A stretch of DNA of 64,000 bases from a virus: the IMG/VR virus record IMGVR_UViG_3300009788_000087; one strand, 5' to 3'. Position numbers and translations under genes: made by a program. Positions 37,438 to 46,181 of this stretch are shown here, piece by piece; the stretch's first letter is position 1, and each line of letters begins with the position of its first letter. The notes beneath the pieces are model-generated. The model was not told where the DNA came from and did no database searches. It was given only the letters and a program-made list of their open reading frames with translations.

Positions 37438-38163
37438 TTATCTCCTCTCCTTCGAGAATCCAATAGATCTTGTAAGTGACTCAATCTTGTCAGAATCAGA
37501 CTTTCTCAAGTTTTTAGTCTCTTCATCTTTGAAAAGTCTCATATCACAATTGTATGAAAGAACACCTTTCTTGTCACGCTTTGGAACAACTTCTGTTAAA
37601 CCATTTGAAGCACTAACAAATACACGGACGAGGTTTCCCTCATGTGATGCTTTATCGAAATAGTCTTCAATTCTCTTACTGAACTCTAATCTTGAGCTAT
37701 TAAATTTCTTGAACCCACGATCGAATGGACCACTCTTTGTGATGACATTACCAGACTGATCTAACGTCACATAGATATCCTGAAGTCTCTGCTGCTTCAT
37801 CCCTATTGAGCCAGACGTTAGTTCAGGACTCGTTGATATTCGTGGCAGAATCTTCTGACCCTGTGGCATAGTGAATAACATGTTTTTTATGTTCGTCTGA
37901 TCCCGAGCTTCACTATTCATACCTTTTTGAAGTCCAAAAACAGCTTCTCGTACAAGTGTCGCTTCAATTTGCTCACCTTTTGACGCTGTTAACTGAGTGT
38001 TTGTTATGCTTCCACTAGTGCTGACATATGGATCATAGTCCACTTCATCATCAGAGAACGCATAATATGAGAACTCTAGTTCATTTTTCGAATATAGCTC
38101 ACGACCATAGTCAGTGAGAACCATGTCTATTACACGTGTGTTCTTATCGAGAAAACCAGCCAT
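37438..38163 (-). CDS. Baseplate/tail-associated structural protein (241 aa)
   Basis: MAGFLD...IDMVLTDYGRE...FSDDEVDY, paralogous to 29160-29876. Confidence 0.7.
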   Translation of the reverse strand: MAGFLDKNTRVIDMVLTDYGRELYSKNELEFSYYAFSDDEVDYDPYVSTSGSITNTQLTASKGEQIEATLVREAVFGLQKGMNSEARDQTNIKNMLFTMPQGQKILPRISTSPELTSGSIGMKQQRLQDIYVTLDQSGNVITKSGPFDRGFKKFNSSRLEFSKRIEDYFDKASHEGNLVRVFVSASNGLTEVVPKRDKKGVLSYNCDMRLFKDEETKNLRKSDSDKIESLTRSIGFSKERR

Positions 38164-38171
38164 CTGTCAGA

Positions 38172-38177
38172 TAACTA
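38172..38177 (-). promoter_or_regulatory. Candidate late-promoter element TAGTTA, 8 nt before the ATG
   Basis: TAnTTA overlapping the upstream stop; no SD before the ATG. Confidence 0.35.
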
Positions 38178-40073
38178 TAAAGATCCTGTAGTTGCCGCCG
38201 CAATGATATCACGAGATTGTGTTGTTAATCCCTTGTTGGCGATGATAGACCTGAGAGTCAATGCTCTTGACACGAGTGGTTTTGGTGCTACAGCATCATT
38301 TAGGATTCTAAGATTTTCTGATGGGTCAGTTTGTATGTCAAATGTTGGCTCTTCTCCTGATCCACTAGAAATTGGAATAAATGGTGTATCATATTCATTA
38401 ATGAGAAACCAAGTTGTATCACTACCTGTCAATCTAGTAGAAAGTGAGCCAGTCAACCTTGAAAAGACTGCAAAATCACTAAGGTTTGATGCTGTGTTTG
38501 ATGTTATCCCTACAGTTAGACCCGGTGATCTTGATGTTAGCTCATCATCATAGAAAATTGTAGATGTTCTACCTACAATAACATCTGGATTCACATGTTT
38601 TGGTCGATCTTCTCCAGGGCTCAAGGATCCACTGACTATTAGTGCTCTTCGCTTTGTTGCGAAAGTATCTGCATTTCTTACACTAAAGAGATGTTGTGAC
38701 ATTCTTCCTATACTTGGATCTTTATTTTTCTTGTAGGTTATCTCTAATCTTGCTTGTCTAAAATAACCCCTGACAAATGTTGTGTCACCTGTTCCTACTT
38801 CATCTGCATATATTCTTAGTGTCCAAACGCCATTAATCTCTGTGTTACGTAAACCTGGTCTTCTACCAATAATAAGTGGTGGCTCATGAGCTAACCCTGT
38901 TAAGGGCCATTCTTGAAGAAGAGGGTCTAATATTGGAAGATATGGTCTTATTGTTTCTGGGCCAAAATTTGATCCAGTTGTTGGCCATTCATTTGATCCA
39001 GTAACACCACCCGCAGCTGTGAGCCAACCGGCTGGAGGAGATCCCGCTGCAGCTTCTGATCCAGTTACGATTCCAGCATCACTTATCCATGATATTGAAC
39101 TTCCAGTGGCATATGCAACACCGGTTACAGCTTGCGCAGGAGAGCCTCTACCAAGTAAATGCTCATCTGCTACCTCAGAACCTGATGCAAAATATACTGT
39201 TACATCACAGGGATTTCTTTGATTTGATGAATCCCAGAAAATCGTTCTCATATTGACATCGGAATTCCAAACTCTTCTTTGCCCAGCAAGTCCAAACCCG
39301 ACATTCGATGTTCCACCAATCCATAGTAAAAACTGATTAGTAAAACGTGATGGGCTAAATTGATCGGAAGCTTCGATATCATTTCCTGCAGGCCAACCAT
39401 CAAAACCATTTACATTTGGAGATTCCAGTGTCACCCAAAGATTACCCAAGCGATGGTCTTTTTCAGATGGAACACCTATTCTCGTTGTTAAACACTCAAA
39501 CCAAATTTTAATATCAACCAAATTCCCATAATCAGAAACTTCAATTGGAATTGATAATGCTGGTACTAGCGCATTTCCGCTATTTTTATACTCTGTACCT
39601 TTCACAGCGTCTGTTGTTCCAAGATCTTCAGATCCTGATATTTTGTATGTTGTTGTAACAGTAGATGTCTTGCTATAGAATTCTGATCCACTTGCTGACA
39701 CTGCGGTCGACTCAAGCGCTAAAGAACGACTGAGGAATACGTTACGACTGTTTTCTATCGATGCTGTTACTTCATTTATCACAAACGCTTGGTTACGTCC
39801 AGTGTGTGTCTGTACCCACGACGGTGGAGTAGAGAAGTCGCTACCCACTCCATCGATAATTTCATGGCCAAGCTCAGTACGCAGTGCTTCGCCTTTCAGC
39901 CACTTGTTATATCTATTTCGCTCAGTTATTCGACGTGCGTTAATGCTACCTTCAACTTCAAGTGAAGATGTACTAGGTGCTCGTGGAGCATGTGTGATTA
40001 TCGATGTGGCACCTCGTGCATTGATACCAACTGAACCACCGGAAATCTTGATTGTGGTATTCTCGTCACTCAT
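38175..40073 (-). CDS. Virion protein with an interrupted proprotein-convertase P-domain-like fold (632 aa)
   Basis: IPIEVSDYG.LVDIKIW...LGNLWVTLESP and, about 200 aa later, INGVWTLRIYAD...G.FRQARLEI; 12 [ST]GS motifs. Confidence 0.6.
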   Translation of the reverse strand: MSDENTTIKISGGSVGINARGATSIITHAPRAPSTSSLEVEGSINARRITERNRYNKWLKGEALRTELGHEIIDGVGSDFSTPPSWVQTHTGRNQAFVINEVTASIENSRNVFLSRSLALESTAVSASGSEFYSKTSTVTTTYKISGSEDLGTTDAVKGTEYKNSGNALVPALSIPIEVSDYGNLVDIKIWFECLTTRIGVPSEKDHRLGNLWVTLESPNVNGFDGWPAGNDIEASDQFSPSRFTNQFLLWIGGTSNVGFGLAGQRRVWNSDVNMRTIFWDSSNQRNPCDVTVYFASGSEVADEHLLGRGSPAQAVTGVAYATGSSISWISDAGIVTGSEAAAGSPPAGWLTAAGGVTGSNEWPTTGSNFGPETIRPYLPILDPLLQEWPLTGLAHEPPLIIGRRPGLRNTEINGVWTLRIYADEVGTGDTTFVRGYFRQARLEITYKKNKDPSIGRMSQHLFSVRNADTFATKRRALIVSGSLSPGEDRPKHVNPDVIVGRTSTIFYDDELTSRSPGLTVGITSNTASNLSDFAVFSRLTGSLSTRLTGSDTTWFLINEYDTPFIPISSGSGEEPTFDIQTDPSENLRILNDAVAPKPLVSRALTLRSIIANKGLTTQSRDIIAAATTGSL

Positions 40074-40375
40074 TCGAACTTTAGTACCCTTGTCGCCTTG
40101 GGTGTATCTCCTGTTGTATCAACGTTTGCTGTTCGTCCCAGTTTAATAACACCTGACTCTATCAATATAATTGCTGCTTCCTTGCCCGTAACACTACCTC
40201 CGAGCATAACAGCACCTCTTCTTGGAGGAGGGAAGAGAATATCTTTTGTTGGTTCAGGTGGTGTAATTAGCTCTACATCGAAACCAACACCACCAAATGG
40301 TTCATCTAGACCGCCGAACCCACCGTCACCGAATCCAGTACCTTCAATGATGTTTTTTAATATAGGTTTTGCCAT
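40070..40375 (-). CDS. Hypothetical Gly/Pro-rich protein (101 aa)
   Basis: ORF track; 4-nt overlap with the downstream gene. Confidence 0.65.
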   Translation of the reverse strand: MAKPILKNIIEGTGFGDGGFGGLDEPFGGVGFDVELITPPEPTKDILFPPPRRGAVMLGGSVTGKEAAIILIESGVIKLGRTANVDTTGDTPKATRVLKFE

Positions 40376-40414
40376 CTATGATTATCCGATTGTATATTCC
40401 TCATTAGCGAGATT

Positions 40415-40816
40415 CTATGATTCAACGTCACCATTGACGAGCAATCGCGTTTCAAGCTTAAGACGCTCATCGACTTGTCGCAACGCTGTGAGATCGGATG
40501 CAATACCGGTCGTGATCGGTGCGGGGTTGCTCATGTCAGTGCCGGACTGGTCACCGTACTCGTCGCCTGCTACCGCCGATGATGCTAGGCGAAACCAACG
40601 TCGAACGGGTCGTGGATTCGAGAATGGGCCGTCAGCAGGCGTCATTCTGATTCGCTTCGACACGCGTGTAACCTTGCGTCGCTGGACGACCGGGTCAGCA
40701 TCGACGTCAGCTAAATTAATCGGGTCGCCGTTCTCGTCAACGTGATACTTGATGACCGTCTCATCGTAACTATCTGTATCTGTGCTCGTGCTCGTTGTCC
40801 AATTTGTCTGTGCCAT
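40415..40816 (-). CDS. Hypothetical protein (133 aa)
   Basis: ATG with AAGGA SD; GC-rich like the adjacent fibre module. Confidence 0.65.
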   Translation of the reverse strand: MAQTNWTTSTSTDTDSYDETVIKYHVDENGDPINLADVDADPVVQRRKVTRVSKRIRMTPADGPFSNPRPVRRWFRLASSAVAGDEYGDQSGTDMSNPAPITTGIASDLTALRQVDERLKLETRLLVNGDVES

Positions 40817-40840
40817 AATATTCCTTCGCGAATTATCTTA

Positions 40841-41281
40841 TTATCCAACTATATACTCTTCACCCTCTTCAAATTGTCCATCTAGACCAACTGAAATAGG
40901 TGATTGCCCAGCAAATACAACTGGCGGATGAATACCAACGACAGCATTATCACTACTTCGCCTAATTGGTTTGAAACCAAGCGCTAGAATCGCATCACGC
41001 TGCGCCACTGTCAGGTCTGCTACCAGTTTAATATCAGCACCAAGATGTGCAAGTGCAATTAAAATTTGCTTGGAGCCTGAACCGATGAACCAGAGTTTTC
41101 CTGCGAGTCGACCGATCTTGAAGACGGTCAATGCGTGGCCATCCCAACTCGCTGTGAATATCCCTGGCCCGGTCTTGACGAAGTACTCGCGGACGCCTTC
41201 ACCAATATCCGGCACCGTGCGTGTTCCGTGCTCATCGGTGATCTCGATTAGCTCGACGCCTATGACTACGGGGCGGCTCAT
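40841..41281 (-). CDS. Hypothetical protein, possibly a fibre chaperone (146 aa)
   Basis: ATGA overlap with the fibre/lectin gene; function inferred from position only. Confidence 0.6.
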   Translation of the reverse strand: MSRPVVIGVELIEITDEHGTRTVPDIGEGVREYFVKTGPGIFTASWDGHALTVFKIGRLAGKLWFIGSGSKQILIALAHLGADIKLVADLTVAQRDAILALGFKPIRRSSDNAVVGIHPPVVFAGQSPISVGLDGQFEEGEEYIVG

Positions 41282-43266
41282 GGTACATCCTTTCTCGGTT
41301 TGTTCCAAATGCGGATGCGTGCAATGGTCCCATTCAAGTATTGAGCCCCACCAGTGACGAAACCAAGACGTATTTTATCTGCGTTATTACCGGCAGTCCA
41401 TGTAACCGCAGCTCCTGCCGTTCGTACACCGTTGACATGAATGTCCCAGTTTTCCCCGGCGTGTTCGTCTAGTTCGTCCACTGAATCCCAGCGATAGCGA
41501 ACCGTGTGTCCAAGGTGGTGCGATGTCGCTGGTGAGGTGACTGTCTTGGTCACCTTGATTACAGCGCTACTATCCCAATGGACAAAATTCGGTCTATCGT
41601 TAACACCGGACGTTCCCTGATATTTCAGGACTAACCTATCGTTGAGCGGATTTCCAATCATCCAGACGTACCCGTCGGAGGCATCATTATCTAAAGATGC
41701 GGCACTAATCGATTCTACTTCGCCGGCCACAGGATTGTGATACGTGTTACCGCCCGCATTGAGCAAGACCACGTCCGTTTTTATTCGTGTTGCACTCGCA
41801 CCCGTTGGTGTTGGTATGTATGTCGTTGCCCCTTCATTTAAGTTGCCTCCAACATTTATCTCGAGCTGCCAGCCCCACTCAGCGATCTTGGAACCGTCGT
41901 CAACCTTGAGCCGGAACTCAATAGAGACGCAGCCGGCCGGCGTCGTGAACGTCGTCTCGTTCCGGCGCACCTTATCATCAACGTTGAAGTCGAGCGCCAA
42001 TGCGGCGGAACCAATCACAGCTGTGTTTGTTACGTCAAAGATCTCGACATCACCGAACGCATTGACGCCAGTATCGCCGCGGCCTGCAAACAAGCTCCAT
42101 GCGTAATCGGTCTCTGCGAGAACCGTGATTGTCTGCTTACGACCCTCGACTCCACCCGCTGCGGCAATCGTGTTCATTGTCTGTGTACCGTCAGGCGCCT
42201 CGTTGGCATTGGCGACACTGGTCGGCGTTCCTATGTCAACATAGTCAGTGCCGGTCGCAGCCTCTTCACTTCCTTTGCATAGATTTGTTGCAGCATCTTC
42301 GACAAATATTCCGAGCTTGCTTGCGTGTGTGTGGACGCTATTATATCCGCTCGCGAACTGGCCCGGGCCGTACTTGCCCACGCGGTCGCCGTAGGACGAG
42401 TCATCGCCTACGATCGGGCACGCCAAGCTCGCGCGGGTGTACGTGTCGAGCTCGGGGGTCGTGTTCTGTGTGGCATGCGTCCAGAAGGCGTCGAGGTCGC
42501 TCTGGCCGAGGCCCTCGGCGTCGGCGCCCTCGAAGATCGCGCAATAGGCGATATCTACCTTAGCCCCCTGCGTTCTGGATGCTCCCAAGGAGAACCCGAC
42601 CGTTGACGTAAGGTCTATCGTTCCCGCAATTGTCCCCGAGTCGCTGCCCTGGTCAGTGAAGAGTTTTACGTCTCCAGTGTTGCGGTCAATCATTGTGAGC
42701 GCGGCGTGCCAAGCATCATCCTGGTAATCGTAGGCCGCGTCTTGAACTGCGCCGGATACGGTGCCGGAATCTTCCCCGGACCAACCCCAAGTAATGCGAC
42801 CACCAGTCTGTGTCGTTATCCAGTAGCCATGCGGCGGTGTCGTTTGTCGCTTGCCAAATAGGTAAAGAGTCGTAGATGATGGGTGGAGACGGAATACGAG
42901 TAGCACAGCGATTGACGTAGTAGGAGCGTCGAACGGCGTTGCGCTCGCTGCTAGGAACTTCTGGTTTGTCGCATCATCGAAGGCTACACACTTCTTGTTG
43001 TAAGTATTTGTGCCGTCGTAGAACCCGACAGATGTTCGTCCCTGGTGGGGGGAGGTGGTCGGCACCAATGCGGTACTCGCAACCTCCCCGATAAGGTTTC
43101 CAGACGTCTCATCACAGAGCCAGATCTCGCTAGCAGTTCGCCCTGGGATCACACTCCCCGCCTGGTCCGGGAATGCCTGCTGAGCCGGCTCGCGGAAGTC
43201 TAGGTCTAGTAGCAGTTCGATGAACGCGCCCCTAAAAAATGCAACCGGTTTAACAACTGGACTCAT
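41278..43266 (-). CDS. Receptor-binding/lectin-type virion protein with LamG and CBM-like domains (662 aa)
   Basis: LamG block (DDAWHAALTMIDR, FSLGASR, DIAYCAIFEG); the tail-fibre-type motif IFVEDAATNL...EWGWQLE...ATTYIPT..ASATR; terminal YLNGTIARIRIWN; GC-rich. Confidence 0.75.
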   Translation of the reverse strand: MSPVVKPVAFFRGAFIELLLDLDFREPAQQAFPDQAGSVIPGRTASEIWLCDETSGNLIGEVASTALVPTTSPHQGRTSVGFYDGTNTYNKKCVAFDDATNQKFLAASATPFDAPTTSIAVLLVFRLHPSSTTLYLFGKRQTTPPHGYWITTQTGGRITWGWSGEDSGTVSGAVQDAAYDYQDDAWHAALTMIDRNTGDVKLFTDQGSDSGTIAGTIDLTSTVGFSLGASRTQGAKVDIAYCAIFEGADAEGLGQSDLDAFWTHATQNTTPELDTYTRASLACPIVGDDSSYGDRVGKYGPGQFASGYNSVHTHASKLGIFVEDAATNLCKGSEEAATGTDYVDIGTPTSVANANEAPDGTQTMNTIAAAGGVEGRKQTITVLAETDYAWSLFAGRGDTGVNAFGDVEIFDVTNTAVIGSAALALDFNVDDKVRRNETTFTTPAGCVSIEFRLKVDDGSKIAEWGWQLEINVGGNLNEGATTYIPTPTGASATRIKTDVVLLNAGGNTYHNPVAGEVESISAASLDNDASDGYVWMIGNPLNDRLVLKYQGTSGVNDRPNFVHWDSSAVIKVTKTVTSPATSHHLGHTVRYRWDSVDELDEHAGENWDIHVNGVRTAGAAVTWTAGNNADKIRLGFVTGGAQYLNGTIARIRIWNKPRKDVP

Positions 43267-43267
43267 C

Positions 43268-45973
43268 TTAACTCATATCCTGCACAAATGATCCAAGGAA
43301 ACTAGTGCCATCCCAGAGACCACTGACAATATCTATAGAACCTGAAGTCAGAGCAAGAACCGGCGCTACTCCACTCGGCCACTTGAATACTGAATCATAT
43401 GTCACCGCAAAGTCTGGTGTTGTGGCGTGCTGGGTTACTTTCATTAGTACCGTCATTCCTGCTTCCATCGATGTTGGTGCTTGTATCTGTACATCATCAC
43501 TAAGTACTAAATCCCACACTGTTCCGTGCGTTACTGCATCCGGTGTCACACTACCGCTTGTTGCAAGCACGCCAAATGACGCTGATAGTTTGTTGCCGTC
43601 GATCTCATCTGCACCACCAAGTTCGAGCTGTGTCGAAACATCGATGTATGTACCAGCCACGCTTATATCACCAATGACACTCACGTCACCTGCTGAATCC
43701 ACAGAGAAGCGATCGACAAAACCAGCGCTGTTTATGTTGCTGAACAAGTGCCATGCGCCGGTCGGATTTGCTGCGCCTTGCACTGGAATGATCTGCTGTG
43801 CGAATTGGACCTCTTGGCTTGAGGCAGTTACATTAGTCTTCCAGCCTTGACCTTCAAGCATGAACATCGGGCTGTACTGCTGTGCACCGGCGGTGGCGGC
43901 TGTGTCATTCGTGCAGCTCAACCCGACATCGGCATCCGTCGAAGAAGCCGCGACATTGTCAGGGCCTATTCCTTCGATTTTAAACCCGCTTGCGAGCACG
44001 TCGTCCCTCAGTGATATCGCTGATGACGTATAGCGCATCTTCTCGATACCGCCTGCGATAATCGAGACTGCGCCAGCGACGACGGCGCCGATGCCTCCAG
44101 TTGTGTCGGAGCGGTCCGGGCAGAGAGTGGGGTTATTAAACGCCGGCGCCTCATTGAGCATCGCCGGGCCGTTGGCGTCCTTCGTAAAGAAGTTGGCGCC
44201 GTAGACATCACCCCAGTGTCGCGATGTAGTTCCTAGGTCTAGACCGGTCACATCGATATTTGGCCTCATGCTTGAACTGTCTACAAAGACCTCAGCGTTG
44301 CCACCAACAGCGAAGGTTATTTGCGTAAAACCGTTGACAGATGTATTACCGCCAGCCTCTGCCCTGACAGCATAGTGTGTAAGATCTTCTCTTTGATCGA
44401 AGTGGCTAAAATATGCGGTATCTGTCGCAGGTGAGGAAAATGCTGCACGCCCGAAGACGAAAGTCGAATCCGTGTTCGGTGCTGCGTTGATAACTCTCGG
44501 GTCTGTAATGGTTACGTTTGTGTCACCAGTCGGTGCTGCATCAATGAACAGTGTGGACGCCACAGCAATCGTGTCGCCACCGCCGTCGTCACTTGTGTAC
44601 GTCGGTGCAAGGATACGTACTGCTGTTTGATCAGTGGTAACATCCACGAAGTTGATCGACGGTGACAGGTCGAACAGCGCGCTGGTCGCGTCCGCATCTG
44701 CGAGATTCGTGTGTGGTGCTCCAGTGATTTTGAATGCATTAGGCGTTCCGCTGGTTCTCGTCGCCTGAAGAATACCTACGCTAGCCAGATTCGAAAACGT
44801 TGCAGTGGCGGAGATGTTGCCAAACGTCAGTCTTGGTAAGCCAGCCACTACACAATAGAGGTTGTTCGCTGCGCTCGACAGTCCGGTGGTCAGGTTCGCC
44901 CTGTCCGGGATGATAGTCGGATTGATCGTCGATGCCGCCTCGTTGAGGATTGCCGGGCCGTTGGCGTCGGCCGCCTGGATTGAACCACCGAATGTGAGAT
45001 CAGTGCCATCAAATATAAGATTCGCATTTTCAGCAACTTGGTTGCTTCCATCTTCATATACTACACGATTTGCTGTACCACCATTGATCGGCGCTCCAAT
45101 AGAAAACCCACTTGCACCACCCGGTCTAGAATCTGCCGTTCCATCGAAGTGAATGTAATAACCCTCAGATCCACTATCAATGATTGTTCCAATTTTACGA
45201 TCTACAACATCGAGGAATGGACTAATGATACCGTCTGATCGAGCAAATACATCATCACCGATCTTTGCATCTAATGATGAAGTTAGCGGTCCGAATAGAC
45301 CTGTATGACGTGCAATAAAGAAACTGCCAGAAGCTGGATCTCCTGGAATCCCTGCTGTCGAGCCAGACACCACAATGTCAGAGCCTGTAATTGACGTGCC
45401 CTCCACCACGTAGAGACTGCTCTGGAAGCTCCCAGTCGCTTCACCTGACACTTTAGCGAATTCGAGTAAGCGCTCCTCACCAGGCAACCCAGGTTGGACT
45501 CGAAGCGAACCAGACGGCCTGATGAGATCACCTCTCTGGAGAGCTTCCTGTGCAAGACCGACAACAAACTGGCCCTCACCGAGCATGTCATTGACTACAG
45601 ATGTTAATTCCTGCTGAGCTCGAGCCCAACCAAAGCTACCTGATCTCTCTGTCTTCTCACCTGCAGCAGGAGAACTAAGGTTTGACTTCTGGTGCCTAAA
45701 TGCTATGATTGCTGAACTTGTGAGAGAGACATCTGCGTCGACAATATTGAGAACAAGATAATTGCCTTCCTTACTTCCGGTCAGAGTTGTACTGAATGCT
45801 ACCGGATCAGTAAATCCATCATAACTGCCTGATGGTTGGCTACCTGTAGCTGCAACCCATAAGATAGTTGACTCACCGCCATCACCATCGTTATCGAGAG
45901 TTACTGCAGAACCTATGACAGCTTCATAGTATGAACCTGTGATACCATTTATGACAATTTGTGATTGCGCCAT
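43268..45973 (-). CDS. Mosaic tail fibre-like protein (901 aa)
   Basis: Gly/Ala/Thr-rich, internal duplicated module, C-terminal fibre-type domain (FKWPSGVAP.L..TSGSIDIVS..WDG); located in the baseplate region. Confidence 0.7.
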   Translation of the reverse strand: MAQSQIVINGITGSYYEAVIGSAVTLDNDGDGGESTILWVAATGSQPSGSYDGFTDPVAFSTTLTGSKEGNYLVLNIVDADVSLTSSAIIAFRHQKSNLSSPAAGEKTERSGSFGWARAQQELTSVVNDMLGEGQFVVGLAQEALQRGDLIRPSGSLRVQPGLPGEERLLEFAKVSGEATGSFQSSLYVVEGTSITGSDIVVSGSTAGIPGDPASGSFFIARHTGLFGPLTSSLDAKIGDDVFARSDGIISPFLDVVDRKIGTIIDSGSEGYYIHFDGTADSRPGGASGFSIGAPINGGTANRVVYEDGSNQVAENANLIFDGTDLTFGGSIQAADANGPAILNEAASTINPTIIPDRANLTTGLSSAANNLYCVVAGLPRLTFGNISATATFSNLASVGILQATRTSGTPNAFKITGAPHTNLADADATSALFDLSPSINFVDVTTDQTAVRILAPTYTSDDGGGDTIAVASTLFIDAAPTGDTNVTITDPRVINAAPNTDSTFVFGRAAFSSPATDTAYFSHFDQREDLTHYAVRAEAGGNTSVNGFTQITFAVGGNAEVFVDSSSMRPNIDVTGLDLGTTSRHWGDVYGANFFTKDANGPAMLNEAPAFNNPTLCPDRSDTTGGIGAVVAGAVSIIAGGIEKMRYTSSAISLRDDVLASGFKIEGIGPDNVAASSTDADVGLSCTNDTAATAGAQQYSPMFMLEGQGWKTNVTASSQEVQFAQQIIPVQGAANPTGAWHLFSNINSAGFVDRFSVDSAGDVSVIGDISVAGTYIDVSTQLELGGADEIDGNKLSASFGVLATSGSVTPDAVTHGTVWDLVLSDDVQIQAPTSMEAGMTVLMKVTQHATTPDFAVTYDSVFKWPSGVAPVLALTSGSIDIVSGLWDGTSFLGSFVQDMS
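44163..44968 (-). repeat. Duplicated ~30-aa module in the fibre gene with a 17-nt identical core
   Basis: gccgggccgttggcgtc at 44163-44179 and 44952-44968; peptides ANGPAILNEAASTINPTIIPDR and ANGPAMLNEAPAFNNPTLCPDR. Confidence 0.85.
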
Positions 45974-45979
45974 TCTGAT

Positions 45980-45985
45980 TAATTA
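45980..45985 (-). promoter_or_regulatory. Candidate late-promoter element TAATTA, 6 nt before the ATG
   Basis: TAnTTA in the spacer upstream of the fibre gene. Confidence 0.4.
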
Positions 45986-46009
45986 CCTTAAAACAAAGAA
46001 CATGTACAG

Positions 46010-46177
46010 TTATTCTCCAGTGAATGGAAAAACCTCAATGCCAAACTCGTTTTTATTTCTCTCAAGATCATTTTTTATGCTATCGGGCACACCTGTAGAT
46101 GTAGACTTTATTGATCCAGATACAAATGTACTCGGAGCGTCAGTCTGAGAAGGAAATCTTCCACCAGGTCTAGACAT
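46010..46177 (-). CDS. Small hypothetical protein (55 aa)
   Basis: ATG 4 nt after the upstream stop; fills the gap; carries VSGSI. Confidence 0.55.
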   Translation of the reverse strand: MSRPGGRFPSQTDAPSTFVSGSIKSTSTGVPDSIKNDLERNKNEFGIEVFPFTGE

Positions 46178-46181
46178 TATA

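Noticed and set aside
29931-40375. GGLGDPIGG (29931 gene) versus GGLDEPFGG (40070 gene) N-terminal resemblance
   Set aside because: Short, Gly-rich and low complexity; no extended alignment visible.
7278-45973. Diversity-generating retroelement acting on the lectin/fibre genes
   Set aside because: No reverse transcriptase in the window. The duplicated segments differ at all base types and mostly at synonymous positions, not at adenines only.
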